From positions 68,758,001 to 68,822,000 of the forward strand of contig NC_043001.1 in the NCBI RefSeq assembly GCF_006345805.1: DNA of 64,000 nucleotides. The letters run 5' to 3'. The notes under the pieces were generated by a model that worked only from the letters and a program-made list of their open reading frames with translations, ran no database searches and had not been told where the DNA came from. Positions 28,012-41,138 of this stretch are shown in pieces. Numbering within the stretch: position 1 is the first letter of the stretch; every line of letters begins with the position of its first letter. The translations under genes were made by a program, and so were the position numbers. Source of the stretch: Octopus sinensis. Lineage: Eukaryota.

Positions 28012-28639
28012 GTATGTACATATATGTAGAATTTTGAAGTTGCCTGCACAAGTATCTTTGATATTTTCTGCTGTATTAGTAGATAATATGATAATTTTAT
28101 AGCTATAAAAAGCTAAAATAATGACGGCTGTCTATTGGTTGATACGAATATCCCTTGTGATCATGACATCTGGGGAAAAATCTTACAAGCCCAGAATATA
28201 ACGATTTGCTCATTGAAGTTGAACTAATGTCGCAGCTCGACGAGGTTTCAATATAAGTGACTGCAGGATCACTAGAAAAAACTCAAAATCGGAAATGAAA
28301 ATTATTTGAGAATGATGAGTGACTAGATGTGAATAACATTGTTTTAACTGGTACGTCACACGTATTGAGAAGAACATTGGTGCTGTGATAACGATCGCAT
28401 TCCATGTAGGCATCTTTGAAAGCTTAGAGCTGCTGAATTATTGACTGGTTAGGAAATATCCAGAAACGTCAAGAAGCTTTTATTTTTTTAACATTACGTT
28501 GTTTGATTTTGTAAATAAACAATCTGGTGTGTTTTGTTTTTTAGTGGCTTATCAGTGTTTACAGTGAGTATCTTTGTTCTAGGTAGCGGGAAGACTCTCG
28601 CGAAGTCATGGAAACAAAATTTAAGGAAGTTCAAATATA

Positions 28640-28742
28640 CATAATAATAATAGCAATAATAATAATAATGATAATAATAATAATTATTATCATTATTATT
28701 ATTATTATTATTATAGTAGTAGTAGTAGTAGTAGTAGTAGTT

Positions 28743-28816
<74 letters not shown>
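28640..28816. repeat. Compound (AAT)n/(ATT)n/(TAG)n microsatellite
   Basis: Direct reading of the sequence. Confidence 0.95.
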
Positions 28817-28817
<1 letters not shown>

Positions 28818-29189
28818 CTGAGAGAGCACAAACCTCGCCAAAGTAACACCAGCGTCGTCTCAACGATTAGCCAGAGATGATTTTTTTCAAATGAGCATAT
28901 CTGAAATAAATTCGACTACTTTCACAAAAGAGAATTCTAAAAATGAATCCGGCCGCTCTCTAAAATTAAGTAAAAAACCGGAAAAATAATCCAGAATTCT
29001 TGCCCACCATCTGATCGATCCCAATGGTAGTCATGGGATGTGAAGGTGGCTGCAGCAAATTTAATAATAGTAATAGCTGGTTTATTCTTATGTAATACAA
29101 GCCAAACTTAACAAATTCACCTTTCAAAATATTTACAGCCTGAAGGCAGATAATTGAGAAAGACTTGAATGTCAACGTAAGATCGTAAT

Positions 29190-29420
29190 CATGTAAAGTA
29201 AGTTAAAAAATATAACAAATATTCCAGAATCCTTGTCCGGTACCGGATCGATTCCGAAATCTAATCAGTTCGTGTCTGTCACGAGGGCAAACATCCCTGA
29301 AAGTTTCATCCGAATACATCCAGCGTTTCTTGAGATATATTGTCCACGGATAAACAAACGAACAAATACAACCGAAAGCAATGCATCCGACTTCCTCCGC
29401 CTACACTAAGGGGGAGGCAA
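29190..29420 (+). mobile_element. Short non-autonomous repeat ending in a GC-rich hairpin (Helitron/HINE-like)
   Basis: Ends cctcc-gcctacactaaggg-ggagg after aaacaaacgaacaaatacaaccgaaagcaat. Family assignment is by resemblance only. Confidence 0.3.
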
Positions 29421-29518
29421 TAATTGTAGTAGTAATAACAGTAGTGGTCGTCATAGCAGTGGTCACGATATTTGTAGTCGTAGCGGTTTTACTAGTAATA
29501 GTAGTAGCAGCAGCAATT

Positions 29519-29557
<39 letters not shown>

Positions 29558-30087
29558 ATGATATTAATGTATTTTTGATGAATAATTCTAAATCAATGCA
29601 ACGTTAAAAACATTTCTCCCTAAAACAGATTTTGGTACGTCAGAATATCACCGCTACCCTCTACACATTGATTCTAAATATTCCTTGTAAACGATATATA
29701 CGTACATACAATGGTACGTATGTGCATACAAACATACATACATACACACGCGCGCACACACATACACACACAGGTATATATATATACATATATATATATA
29801 TATGTATATACATATATGTATATATATATACCTATATGTGTGTATGTATGTATGTATATATATATGTGTGTATATATATATATATGAAGTCGACTGAGTT
29901 GGGTCGAAAAAGGTAAGTCGATTGCAACTAATTTTTCCAAGCGAAGCACATTTGTCCATAAACTATGAAAGATCATTTCAAGTGTTTTCGCCAGTTGCGC
30001 TAATTCAGTCGACAGCACAAAAACCTACTTCTACGTACATTATTTCCACAAATACGAAGTACACTCACTAACACACACATACGCACA

Positions 30088-30171
<84 letters not shown>

Positions 30172-31026
30172 AACACACACACACACGGAGGCAAGAAAAA
30201 CATACGATCATATTCCCACCATCGATTATAAATAAAACACCAACTTTGCATTGTAATTTCTATTATCCATTCGATTCAGGAGTGAGCCATTAAACCATCT
30301 TATTGTCTGTCTCCCACAGACAACCTACAATACGTAATCTTTCCAAATTGAATTCTTTTCAACAGACAGATCTTCGTCTATTGCTCTAAGTTTTGATCTT
30401 AAGTGACAGTCTTGGACTGGTTGAACCACTTTAGATTAAACTATCGTGGTTTTTAAAAGTCTACTGACAGAACAAGTGATGTGGGGCTGTCAGGTGTCCA
30501 GAGGGTTTTTAAAATGCTGTCCAGAAACCTTACTTGAATTAGTGTCACAATCTACGATATCAAACACTGAAATCACAATGTCAATAACATGATTTTTCCC
30601 AAAATTCTTACTCTCGACCACCGCCGCCTGGCTCTTTCTCGTTTCCTCTCTCTGTCCTCCCTATCTTTGAATATCCTTCTCTGTATCTCCCACTCTATTA
30701 TTTTTTTTTATTCCGCAAGCGCTTCATCGCCAACATTTATCTATACGAACCGTGGTTATCGCAAGAAAACAAATATCTGTATGTACTTGTGCATCAACAC
30801 ATGCTCTCCAAAATAGACACTAGCATATACAATCATAGATTCATTCATACATAGATACATACATATAAGCGCATACATCTAAAGGTATGTGTGTGTGAGT
30901 GTGTGTATGTATATATATATGTGTGTGCTTATATATAGCAACGCATGCGCGCGTGATCCCCTCCACACCCACATGTATGAATACACATATAAGTATAGAC
31001 AGATTGACAGGCATATATCTGTGTAC

Positions 31027-31109
<83 letters not shown>

Positions 31110-31114
<5 letters not shown>

Positions 31115-31676
31115 TAATAATACGGATGCAGTACCAGGCAGTGGCTCTCAAGGCTTCTGATCTTAACTGATTGGAAGTGTTATCATGTACATTGTTTTGT
31201 CTTGGTATAAAAGATGGGCTACAGCAAATATTCTGCTCAATACCACAGATTTGCTTGTCAGTTGTTTGACCTTAACCAGTTGAGCATGTCCCTTAGTGGC
31301 TGATGATATGTGCATCTCTGATCACGAGCAGAAGTAGTGGGGGAGCATCATAGCCATGTGTTGAGAAGGCTTCTTTGGGGTTTGAATAATTCACCTCTGG
31401 AAACATGGGTGTTTCGTTCAACGTCCTTAAACAACCCTTATTCAGGGACCTTTTGAGCGGGATGGGTTACTCGATCCGAAGAAAATTCTAACTGAGCTCC
31501 ACCTGCAAGGTCATGTGCTGTTTATCTTGATATGAGATCACCATGTCGCGCACATATGGTTGTGATGCATGTGCCTGGTGTACCTTTATCAGACGGGTAG
31601 TCATGATGGGTATATTGGGCTTCGTATATTTTACCCCAGTGTCACTTTGATGGCATGCTCTGCTCGCTCACTCAAT
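31110..31676. repeat. ~560-bp interspersed repeat embedded in (AAT)n, with partial copies at 31977-32070 (inverted) and 32420-32690
   Basis: Internal alignment between the three copies; (AAT)n on both flanks. Confidence 0.75.
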
Positions 31677-31824
31677 AATAATTATAATAATTATAATTAT
31701 AATAATTATAATTATTATAACATTAGACCATAGTTTCCTTTCATTGTTCTTGTGGATTCTTAATTCATGGTACGTGATGGTTTCAGATTTATTCTAATCT
31801 TCCCGGCAGCTCGCTATTCGCTGC

Positions 31825-31894
<70 letters not shown>

Positions 31895-31923
31895 CCTCCT
31901 CCTCCTCCTCCTCATCATCATCA

Positions 31924-31972
<49 letters not shown>

Positions 31973-32074
31973 CATCATTGAGTGAGAGAGCAAATATACG
32001 AAGCCCAATATACCAATCATCACTACCCATCTGATAAGGGTACACCAGACTGATGCATCGCAACTATATGTGCA

Positions 32075-32415
32075 TGAAATTGAAGCCAATGAGGGTGACA
32101 GTGTTACACCCGGTAGGCTCAGAGATTCTGGTACGGCTCCAGCTTGTCGATATCCAGAAGGGGACCACCACACACGGCGTAGATGGAGCAAACAAATTAA
32201 TGCTGTGGTCATGGAGTCTCACTACCTGAGCAAACCGGTAGATGAAAATGGGGCCCAAATTAGGAGTTACTGACAACGTATGTATGATCATTGGAGAGAA
32301 AAGGGATTGTTTCAACTCACGGAACAGAGACTATGTGATCAAGCTAGAGCAATAAGAAAAAATTGTTGGTTCACAGAAGTAGAACTCGAAGCTATCAAAA
32401 GACGGGTCCTTCGGT
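32075..32415 (+). mobile_element. Dong/R4 non-LTR retrotransposon, ORF N-terminal fragment
   Basis: RRRWSKQINAVVMESHYLSKP...[45 protein letters not shown], a pattern typical of R4/Dong N-termini. Confidence 0.75.
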
Positions 32416-32989
32416 GGTTGACGGTATATGCATCTCTGATCACGAGCAGAAGTAGTGAGGGAGCATCGTAAGCATGTATCGAGAGGAATTATTTGGGGTT
32501 TGGATAATTCACCTATGAAAACATGGGTGTTTCTTTCAACATACTTATACAACCCTTATTCAGGGACCTTTTGAGCGGGATTGTCTATTCGACCCGAAGA
32601 TAATTCTAAATGGGCCCCACCTGTAATGTTGTTAGCTGTTTATCTTGATATGAGATCACCATGTCGCACACATATGCTCTCTCACTCAATTATAATGATG
32701 ATGATGATGATGATGATGATAATAATAATAATAATAATAATGATAATAATGATGATGATGATGATAATAATAATATAATAATAATAATAATAATAATAAT
32801 ATAATAATAATAATAAATAATAATAAATAATAATAATTATTATTATTATTATTATAATATTAATGATAATAGAGGAAGAAGAAGAAGAAGAAAAAGAAGA
32901 AAAAGAAGCAGAAGAAGAAGAAGAAGAAGAAGAAGAAGAAGAAGAAGAAGAAGAAGAAGAAGAAGAAGAAGAAGAAACAGAAACAGAAG

Positions 32990-34060
32990 AGAATAATAAA
33001 TATCTAAGTGCACTAGAATCTGACAGAGAACCAACTATACAAATGAAAGACGAAAAAATGGAGGAGTACATCAATAGGATGGGGAGGTTACTGAAATCGA
33101 AAGTAAATCGTCACAATCTTGTGAAAGCTGTAAATGCTTGCACAATATTTTTATTTAGATATTCAGCAGCTTTTTGTAGATTGGACAAAACGTCAATGTA
33201 CACATCTAAACATAAAACTAGGAAGGACTCCAATATTGATCGAAAATTGCATCCTAGAGCTGGAGTAGAAAAATTGTACCTAGAAACGAAAGTGGTAGAG
33301 GTTTAGTATCAGTAGAAAACTGATGGGAGTTAGTTACACTACAGTTAGCCTTCTATGTCTGTAATAGTGCAGAAATCTTATTAACAACTGCTAATGTAGA
33401 AGTAAGAGATAAGGAAACAAAAATGCCAAATATAGTTTAAAACCAGTAAAAGAAGAAACATAATTTAACGTGGAAGATTTCCAAAGTCAGTAGCAGAAAA
33501 TAGTAATAGTGAGACATGGTTGTGGTTGAAGAAAGGAAGGCTAAAACAATAGACGAAAGTTTGTTAGCAGCAGTACAAGATCAGGCAGTGAGGACTAACA
33601 GGTCAATAGCTAAGATAGACAAAATCAGGTAGATTTCCAATGTTGTTTATGTAAATGTGTTACTCATGCAGTTAGTAAATACAGAATGATGGTACAGAAA
33701 GAATACAGAAGAAAGGACATCATATGGAGAATAATACACTGGGAGTTATGTAGATTGCTAGAATTTGACTATATAGATAAGTGGTATGAACATGAACCTA
33801 GCATAGTGTTAAAAATTAGGAAATATAAGAGGGTGTGGGAATTTTACACTCAGACTCTCAGAATAGTAGAAACTAAAAAGCCTGTAGTAGACAAAAAGAA
33901 TAGAAAGTAGCAGGTAATTGACTTTACAGTCTCAAATGATGAGAAAATCGATATTAGAGAGATAGAGAAACCAGCAAACTACCATAACCAAGCCGTTGAA
34001 TCACAGAGGCTAGGAGAAGTACATATCAGAATTCAGTTGTACTGGATGACTGAGATTTAA
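32990..34060 (+). mobile_element. Dong/R4 3' fragment (post-RT region and REL endonuclease), degenerate
   Basis: KYLSALESD...MKDEKMEEYINRMGRLLKSKVN..NLVKAVN...FRYSAA and QKEYRRKD...IIHWELC...KWYEHEP...WEFYTQT. Lies next to (AAT)n, the known Dong target type. Confidence 0.8.
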
Positions 34061-34924
34061 GCAAATGCAGATAGCTGACTTAGCCTATTTTATCAACCAT
34101 CCGTTTGAAAAGAGTAACAAAACGTATACCCAAATTAGAGATTTACATTTTCAAACTTCAGGGGAGGATTTCAATCCCAGTGTGTTAGATTTTGCTAATA
34201 CTTGGGAATATCCACAGGGAGGCCAACCATCAGAATAAAAAGCACTCATTGACCAAGCTATCTCCACGCTATGACCCGTGGAATTCTTCTTCTTCTTCTT
34301 CTTCTTCTTCTTCTTCTTCTTCTTCTTCTTCTTCTTCTTCTTCTTCTTCTTCTTCTTCTTCTTCTCAGAAATGTACTGATATTAGCCTGTCATGCCAATG
34401 TTACCATGCTATTTCTAACCAACCTATCCTAACAGCCACAACAACCCCGATCACAATCCTTTCGTTCCAGAGTGACAAATTTCTAGAATCCATTACCTTC
34501 TATTAACCTTCTTTCCGCGGCATCTCATCTTGAGGTTTTTGAGCAGAAATCACATAAATCTCTCCAAAGTTACGCCACGACACAAATAGGGCTATAGTAT
34601 ATTATTTATGAAAAAACGAGGAAGAAAAAAACATTCGTTTCCGATTTCATTATCACGTACGAAATTTCATGTTTCTGGTGATACCAAGAACCACTAAAAT
34701 TATCAAAATGAACATGATAAGCAGTCCCTCTACATACATCACAGTAAATCCATTTAGAGGTATTACGACCTATTCCGCTACTGGTACCATGAACAATACT
34801 ACAGTGGGTATTTCTCTAATTGCCCTAGAAATACAACGTATAATCATTTTTACTTGCCATTCTAGCTTTAATAATGATAGTAATTGTTTTCACTATAGGT
34901 ACAAAAATTTGAATTATGGGTAAG

Positions 34925-35320
34925 TGGGTCAGTGGATTACTTCAACCTCAGTTCACAACTGGTATTTATTTCACCAACTCAGAAAGGATGAAAGGTAAAG
35001 TTGAACTCGGTAGTATTTGAACTCAGATACGTAAAGACGATGAGTATTTTGTCCAATGTGTTAACGATTCTGCTAGCTCGTCGCCTTAGAGGTACATTAA
35101 CAATGGTTTTTAGATTTTGGAACAAGGTGAGACATTTCGGGGGATCTATGTAAGTTGATTACATAGATCCCAGTGTTCAACTAGCATATATTTTATACAG
35201 TGCCAAAGGATGAAAGGCCAGGTCGACCTCTACAGAATTTTACCTCAGAAGGTAAAGACGGACGGAATGACGCAGGTATTTTGACCGGCGGGCAAAACGA
35301 TTCTGCTAGCTCGTTGCCTT
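34925..35320 (-). mobile_element. Two tandem tRNA-derived SINE copies
   Basis: The minus strand of each copy begins aggc(g/a)acgagctagcagaatcgtt (A-box-like). The first copy has a gagttcaaat B-box-like motif. Both share ctttcatcctt. Confidence 0.75.
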
Positions 35321-36724
35321 AGAGGTGAACTAACAATGCTACGACTGAGTATTGCCATTGTTGCCGTTATAGACTTTGCAGCGAAATTCTAAAGATAGAG
35401 ATGATGCCCAATTTTGATGTTTTCTTTTACTTGAACAATTAAAATAACGATATATAATGAGTGAGCAAAAATCTATCTCCTATTCAATGATTCATATTAA
35501 AGCATAGAATTTTTGGTTCTAATGTCTGTCGTTGACTTGATTATTTTCAAGATGCGTTCGCAGGGGATTTAATTAGTGGTTAATTATGAATTGTATATCG
35601 TTTGACAACTGGGCACGTGATAGAGGTTGCACAGAGACCTAATGGAAAGAATACAAAATGATTTCGAGATCGATATGTCGCTACAACAATACACAATCTC
35701 ATTATCTATTTCACCTACAATAGTAACCAGTACCACCACCACCACCACCACCACCACAATCACAACTGCCAACACTACTACAACTGCTTTTACCACCAGT
35801 GATAACCTCACTAGAATTACTACTAACACCAACAACACCTTGACTACACCTTCATTAACACTACCACAACATAACTTCTTACTATTTCCACTACTCGCAA
35901 TAATACTACTACGACGACCATCATCATCATGATCCCCCATCAGCACCTTCAACAACCTCATCCTTGCCATTACCACCTTGTCCTTCATTAAAAAATCCAC
36001 TGCTCGTAATATCACTACCACCTCCTGTGTCATCACATCCAGCACCAGCATTACAGCCGCTAAAGATGCCAGCCCAATACAAGTCCAACACCACTATCAC
36101 CAACATCATTACCAATGTCATCATTTTTATTCTGATTATCTCTGTGTTCATTCGTTCCTGGTTTTCCAGTAGTTGTATCGTTAGAGACAATGTGCTGTTG
36201 ACATCACCGTCGTCGTCGTTGTTGTTGTTATTGATAGTTATAGAAATATTTTTCATTTTCCAATCTATTTATAATTAATTAGTATTTCGAATTTATTGAT
36301 GTTTATAATCAGTTCAGTACATTGATAATTAAGCTGGGTTGGATCAAAAGTCCTTTTCAGCATCTTCTGTTTTTAACAGACAGATTATGGTTCCTCGACA
36401 TTTCTCTTGCCAATAAAGAAGTTTGGTGCTGGTAGCTGTATATTGCTTTTGATTCCATTGAAAAATTATTAGCTGTCATACTTTAAACTGAATTCCGAAT
36501 AATAGTTAATAGTGAAAACCTTTTGAACATGAAAAGCTGATCATATGACATCTATGGAATTACCACAATCCAGGAAGTGTAATTTCTTAATACATATGTA
36601 CATTCATTCAAAGTAGATTATTTTAAAAATAAATCATTGAAACTCCTGTTTGTTGCGCTGCTTGGAGTAGAGCTGAAAATGGATATTTAGACATAGAAAA
36701 GAAAATGAAAGCTAACTACGAAAA

Positions 36725-36925
36725 ATACTGACGTCATTTTGCCTGATTGCAATCAAGACAATTTAACACCGGAAATAAAGATTCCGGAACTTTTCAACTT
36801 AATATTTAATTCATATATTCAATTCGAACTTGTCTATCGAAATACTTTTAAAAACAACGTGTTGAGTCAGTAGTTGATAAAATAAGAAATTGTTAGATTA
36901 ACTTATTCTTCACTGGGAAGTAAGT
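36725..36925 (+). promoter_or_regulatory. Possible promoter: CRE + paired ETS-like sites followed by a strong 5' splice site
   Basis: TGACGTCA at 36729-36736, CCGGAA at 36769 and in TTCCGGAA at 36782, TGAGTCA near 36864, GAA|GTAAGT at 36920. Motif coincidence is possible. Confidence 0.25.
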
Positions 36926-38595
36926 CTATGGAAAACAAAGGAAAACCTTTTAAAAATTGTTTTTCGATTTTTGAGGTCAGTAGCTTCCCTTCACTATCAA
37001 TTAGAAGTTAGTGTTATTTCACGAAGACAGTAACTTCAGGACATGCTGCTCATCATCTTGAGCCCCAATTTTACAGCTAGCGTAATTACTATAAAATCAT
37101 GTAAAGTTCCAGCCCGTCAGTAAAGCTGCCAGAAATTGCAGCTAAATCTCTCGCGAATTGCACATTACTTCTGTAATAAGATAATCCCCGATAGGTTATA
37201 TATTTCTTGAGTGGAGGCCAACTTAACGCTGGATAGCGGCAGCAGGATCAACACCGACAACAATATAAAAGAAACATGTTAGTATATATGCATTCATAGG
37301 TGAATCTATGTAGATGGAAATGTGTATCTATGTATGTATGTATGAATTTGGCGTCAGAAACGAAGCACTCAATAGATATAAAAAAGTAATAATCATGTTG
37401 AGACCACTATTTAATAATAATTTTTGATTCTTGAAAGGTGCGAAGGACGTGGAAACGTAATAACTAAAAGTTATTCATAGTGGTGACGTTGACGTAAACG
37501 ACACTATTGGTTTAACTGCGTACATGGAAACATTTACAAATTGCCATTGCAACAAAAAGCCCGGTATTAATATTATTGTAAAACGAGCAATTGAGAGTTA
37601 CCCCATGTGGTAGCTGAACCTGTTAGAAATAGTAGCCAGGAAAACTTCTTTTTGCAACCCAAGTATCTTAAAAATATAAGAACGTATTGGATAATTTAAT
37701 CTGAGATATACTAGTTAGCAACCAAACATATTTTTACATCTGAGACGTAACTGAACTTAGTTCTGCGTCGTTAAGGGTGATCAATAATAGCAGTAGAATA
37801 ACAACAACAACAACAACAACAAATAAACTATCCACAACTGAGTTTACAAAAACGACAGCGTACAGGTGATCAATAGCTCACAAAAAGTTAGTGTCTGAAT
37901 GAAAGGTACAACTGGACCAAAGTTCGATGCAAAGCATATTGGGCTAAGAGAAAATACTCTCAATGACAAATTTATGTATTCTAGTCACTCGTTCCCAAAC
38001 AGTAACATTGTATATTCCAGTTAACTATCCCCATATATCTACAACCTTCAGTACTCGCAGTACTCGCATCGAAACTAAAACTTCCAGTAGTAGCGGCCTG
38101 AACATATCATGTATCGTTTTGAAATTGAAACAATGGAATAGCAAATGTTGAAGAATTCTTTACAGCGACGATATAAATATGCCTATTAACGACTAATCGG
38201 TTGCTACTAGACAGATCTAATTATAGTAAATATTTTGCCAGACAGCTGTATTTGAACCAAATTTAACTAATGCCGAATCCTACCGCCAAGTATCAGAAAT
38301 AAGTGTCATACTGGATATATTTACGGATGGTAACACTTTATGTATGTATGTATGCATGTATGTATGTATAAATGTGTGTGTAGAGATAAGTGAATTTATA
38401 TGCATATATGTATAAAAGTATATACAAATATATGTATATATGTGCGTGTGTGTTTGTGTGTGTGTGTAAACGTGCGCATATGTGTATGTATATTTTTACA
38501 GCCTCTATCAATAAAATATAATATATGTAAAAAGGAGAACGTTTGAAAGATTGAGAAGGGAAGGCATAAACGGTGTGTACATTATCGTGTGAAAG

Positions 38596-38650
<55 letters not shown>

Positions 38651-39169
38651 AAGAAAGAAAGAGAGAGAGAGATTTAAGTAGAGAGGAATCAGTCTTGGAG
38701 GCTTACCAACAAATCTGTATAATAGAGAAAGAAATTAAAAAGTTGCCGGCTGAATAAAGATAAATATTCAACAGCAAACTAAGTTGAAACTAATGTTTCT
38801 GTTTAATGTTAGATATTCTTTGTCCTGATTATTTATACACTGCCATGTTCACTGCTCTGCAGTCGTCATGGAGTCCAGACGTATATTAAATCTATAAGAC
38901 GATTGATGAGCGACTTTTTGAACTAGGCGATTTAAAGTAATCTAACATAATATATAGAGATAAAGCATATTATGTATATATATTCTCACATATTCTGATA
39001 AATAATTTCTGATAATAATTTCTTCTCTTGTCAGATCCTCACAGTTTTGTGTTCTTTCCAATATTTGGCAGCGAACTCTGTCATCGGAATGAAGTCGGAA
39101 TATTAATTTGATGCTCAGACAGATGTTTGTAGTGTTGTTGTCAATACACACTTTATGCCCTTCGTCTTC

Positions 39170-39516
39170 TTGTTACCATCGTCATCGTTAACATTGACAT
39201 TATCATCTTCATCATCATCATCATCATCGTCGTCGTCGTCGTCATCATCGTAATCATCATCGTCATCATTGTCATCATCACTATCACCGCCATCACAACG
39301 ACCACAACGAACTCGATCATTTTTACCCTCATCGACGTAGTCGTCGTCATCATCATCATCATCATCATCATCAACTTTGTTGTCATCATCACTACAGCCA
39401 CCACCTCCTACACAACCACCGCTACCACCACCACCACCATAACCACCACCACCACCACCACCATAACCATAATCATCGTTGTCGTCGTGTTCATCATCAC
39501 CATCATCAGCAGCAGC

Positions 39517-39547
<31 letters not shown>

Positions 39548-39610
39548 TTTTCATCGTCATGAACGCGACCTTTTCTGTCGTAGGTGTTGTCGTCGTCGTC
39601 ATCATCATAA
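39170..39610. repeat. Compound trinucleotide mosaic (CAT/CGT/CAC/CAG)
   Basis: Direct reading; produces only homopolymeric pseudo-ORFs. Confidence 0.9.
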
Positions 39611-39629
39611 TCTCCTTTATGGTATAACG

Positions 39630-39848
39630 CAGTGCTTTTCAAACTTTTTGATGGAGCGGAACCCCAAGGAAACATTCCACTGGCTCGAGGAACCCCTGTG
39701 CAATAATTTAATAGTTTTATGCACACATATCTGCACAGGAGAATTAAAAATTACTGCCGATTTTAGCAGTTTTGTAACTTCTTGCGGAACCCCTGGACTC
39801 TACTGGCGGAACCCTAAGGTTCCGCGGATCCCTGGTTGAAAACCACTG
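39630..39848. mobile_element. 219-bp hAT-type MITE with 8-bp target-site duplication
   Basis: TIRs cagtgcttttcaa / ttgaaaaccactg. TSD gtataacg at 39622-39629 and 39849-39856. Repeated subterminal ggaaccc motifs. Confidence 0.9.
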
Positions 39849-39989
39849 GTATAACGCATCATCGTCATTACAATCTTATTCCTTATATATATTACTGCCA
39901 TCATCATTAACATCAAACTCGTCACGCTCAAGTTCGTTATCCCCATAATTCCCTGCCGCACATACTAATCCTTCTCTTCATCTATTTTC

Positions 39990-40340
39990 TCTGCTTAATT
40001 TTTCTTGGGAGGGTTGTGGGTGCAGAATCCTCAGGCCTGTCCTACACAGGGTTCTATTATTTGCCACCGTCATTGCACTTTCTGGATGGATTCTCAAGGA
40101 TGACCAACTGAGCCTCGCCCATGGTCTAACCCTAGGTACTTTTCCAGTGGGCTCGGCCTGAAGAACCCTCTTTTGCGATTCTTTCCAGCGACATTATAAT
40201 CACATGTCTATAGCATCTGAGTTGTAACTTGTCAATGCAGAGAAGTAGTTGCTCAACAAGGAGAAGCACCTTAGCCTGCAGGCTTAAGAACCATGTCGAA
40301 TAATGCAATTCCCGAGATCTTGCCGAGAAACCTCATTCCA
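39990..40340 (-). mobile_element. RTE LINE 3'-end relic
   Basis: LRCYRHVIIMSLERIAK...AEPTGK resembles the RTE C-terminal LRWYGHV.RM.EERIAK...PTGKRPRGRP. Confidence 0.5.
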
Positions 40341-40759
40341 ACCGCTTGCATTTGCCATCGTTCTATTTCGGTCACGACCCAACATCCATGACTACAGGTG
40401 AGGATAGTCACCAAAACCGAACTGAAGATAACAGATTCGGTTTTTTTTTACCAACACCTCTTCTGAGGATCGAACGCACACATATATGTCTATATAAGCA
40501 AACAGACGTAGAAGAAGAATTTGACTGTCGTAAGTAACCTGACTTAACAGCAGAAATAGCTGTAAGCTAATGAATGTGATTACATATCTCCAGTTCTTTT
40601 GTCATGTGTTTATTTGATTGCCGTAGATAGCATAAGATATATAGGGAAATATTATGTGATTGTTCACCTCATCTATGACGTTATAACATTACTAATTAAT
40701 AACTATAAGTAGTTAAAGTATGTTTATATCCATTTACATACATGTATGCATAGTAAAAA

Positions 40760-41138
40760 TTTAAAATGAGGGTATTGGATATTAATTTAATTAACATCAA
40801 TTTAACACTAGTTGTCTAGCATATTAAAATTCTGAAGGTTCAGTAAATTGTATTATATATATATGAGAGGCATGGCCACCATGTGGACAACATTTATGCT
40901 AGAAGTAGATCCGCTATGGTCTAACCACTAAGAAATGTTCTGAAGAAAATATTAGCATGTATGTGAATAATCTATATTTTTATTACTTTTCATTTGTCTT
41001 GCTCGCTTACGTTCTGGAATTTGCTAAATTTTTCTTGAGAACATTTCTTAGTGGTTAGACCATAGCGGATCTACTTCTAGCATAAGGGTTGTCCACATGG
41101 TGATCATCTCTCTCATTTGTATATAATACAATTTACTG
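40760..41138. mobile_element. Fold-back element (palindromic core 40841-41138, ~110-bp arms), homologous to 55596-55970
   Basis: atgctagaagtagatccgctatggtctaaccactaagaaatgttct is inverted at 41038-41083. Shares the terminal agggta...gtctagcatatt and gttct.aagaaaa blocks with 55596-55970. Confidence 0.75.

Noticed and set aside
35584-36278. Thr/Pro-rich mucin-like ORFs
   Set aside because: They arise from cryptic ACC/ACT/CAT trinucleotide repeats and are open in several frames on both strands.
39115-39726. 203-aa poly-D/A/G ORF
   Set aside because: Microsatellite mosaic whose start lies inside a hAT MITE.
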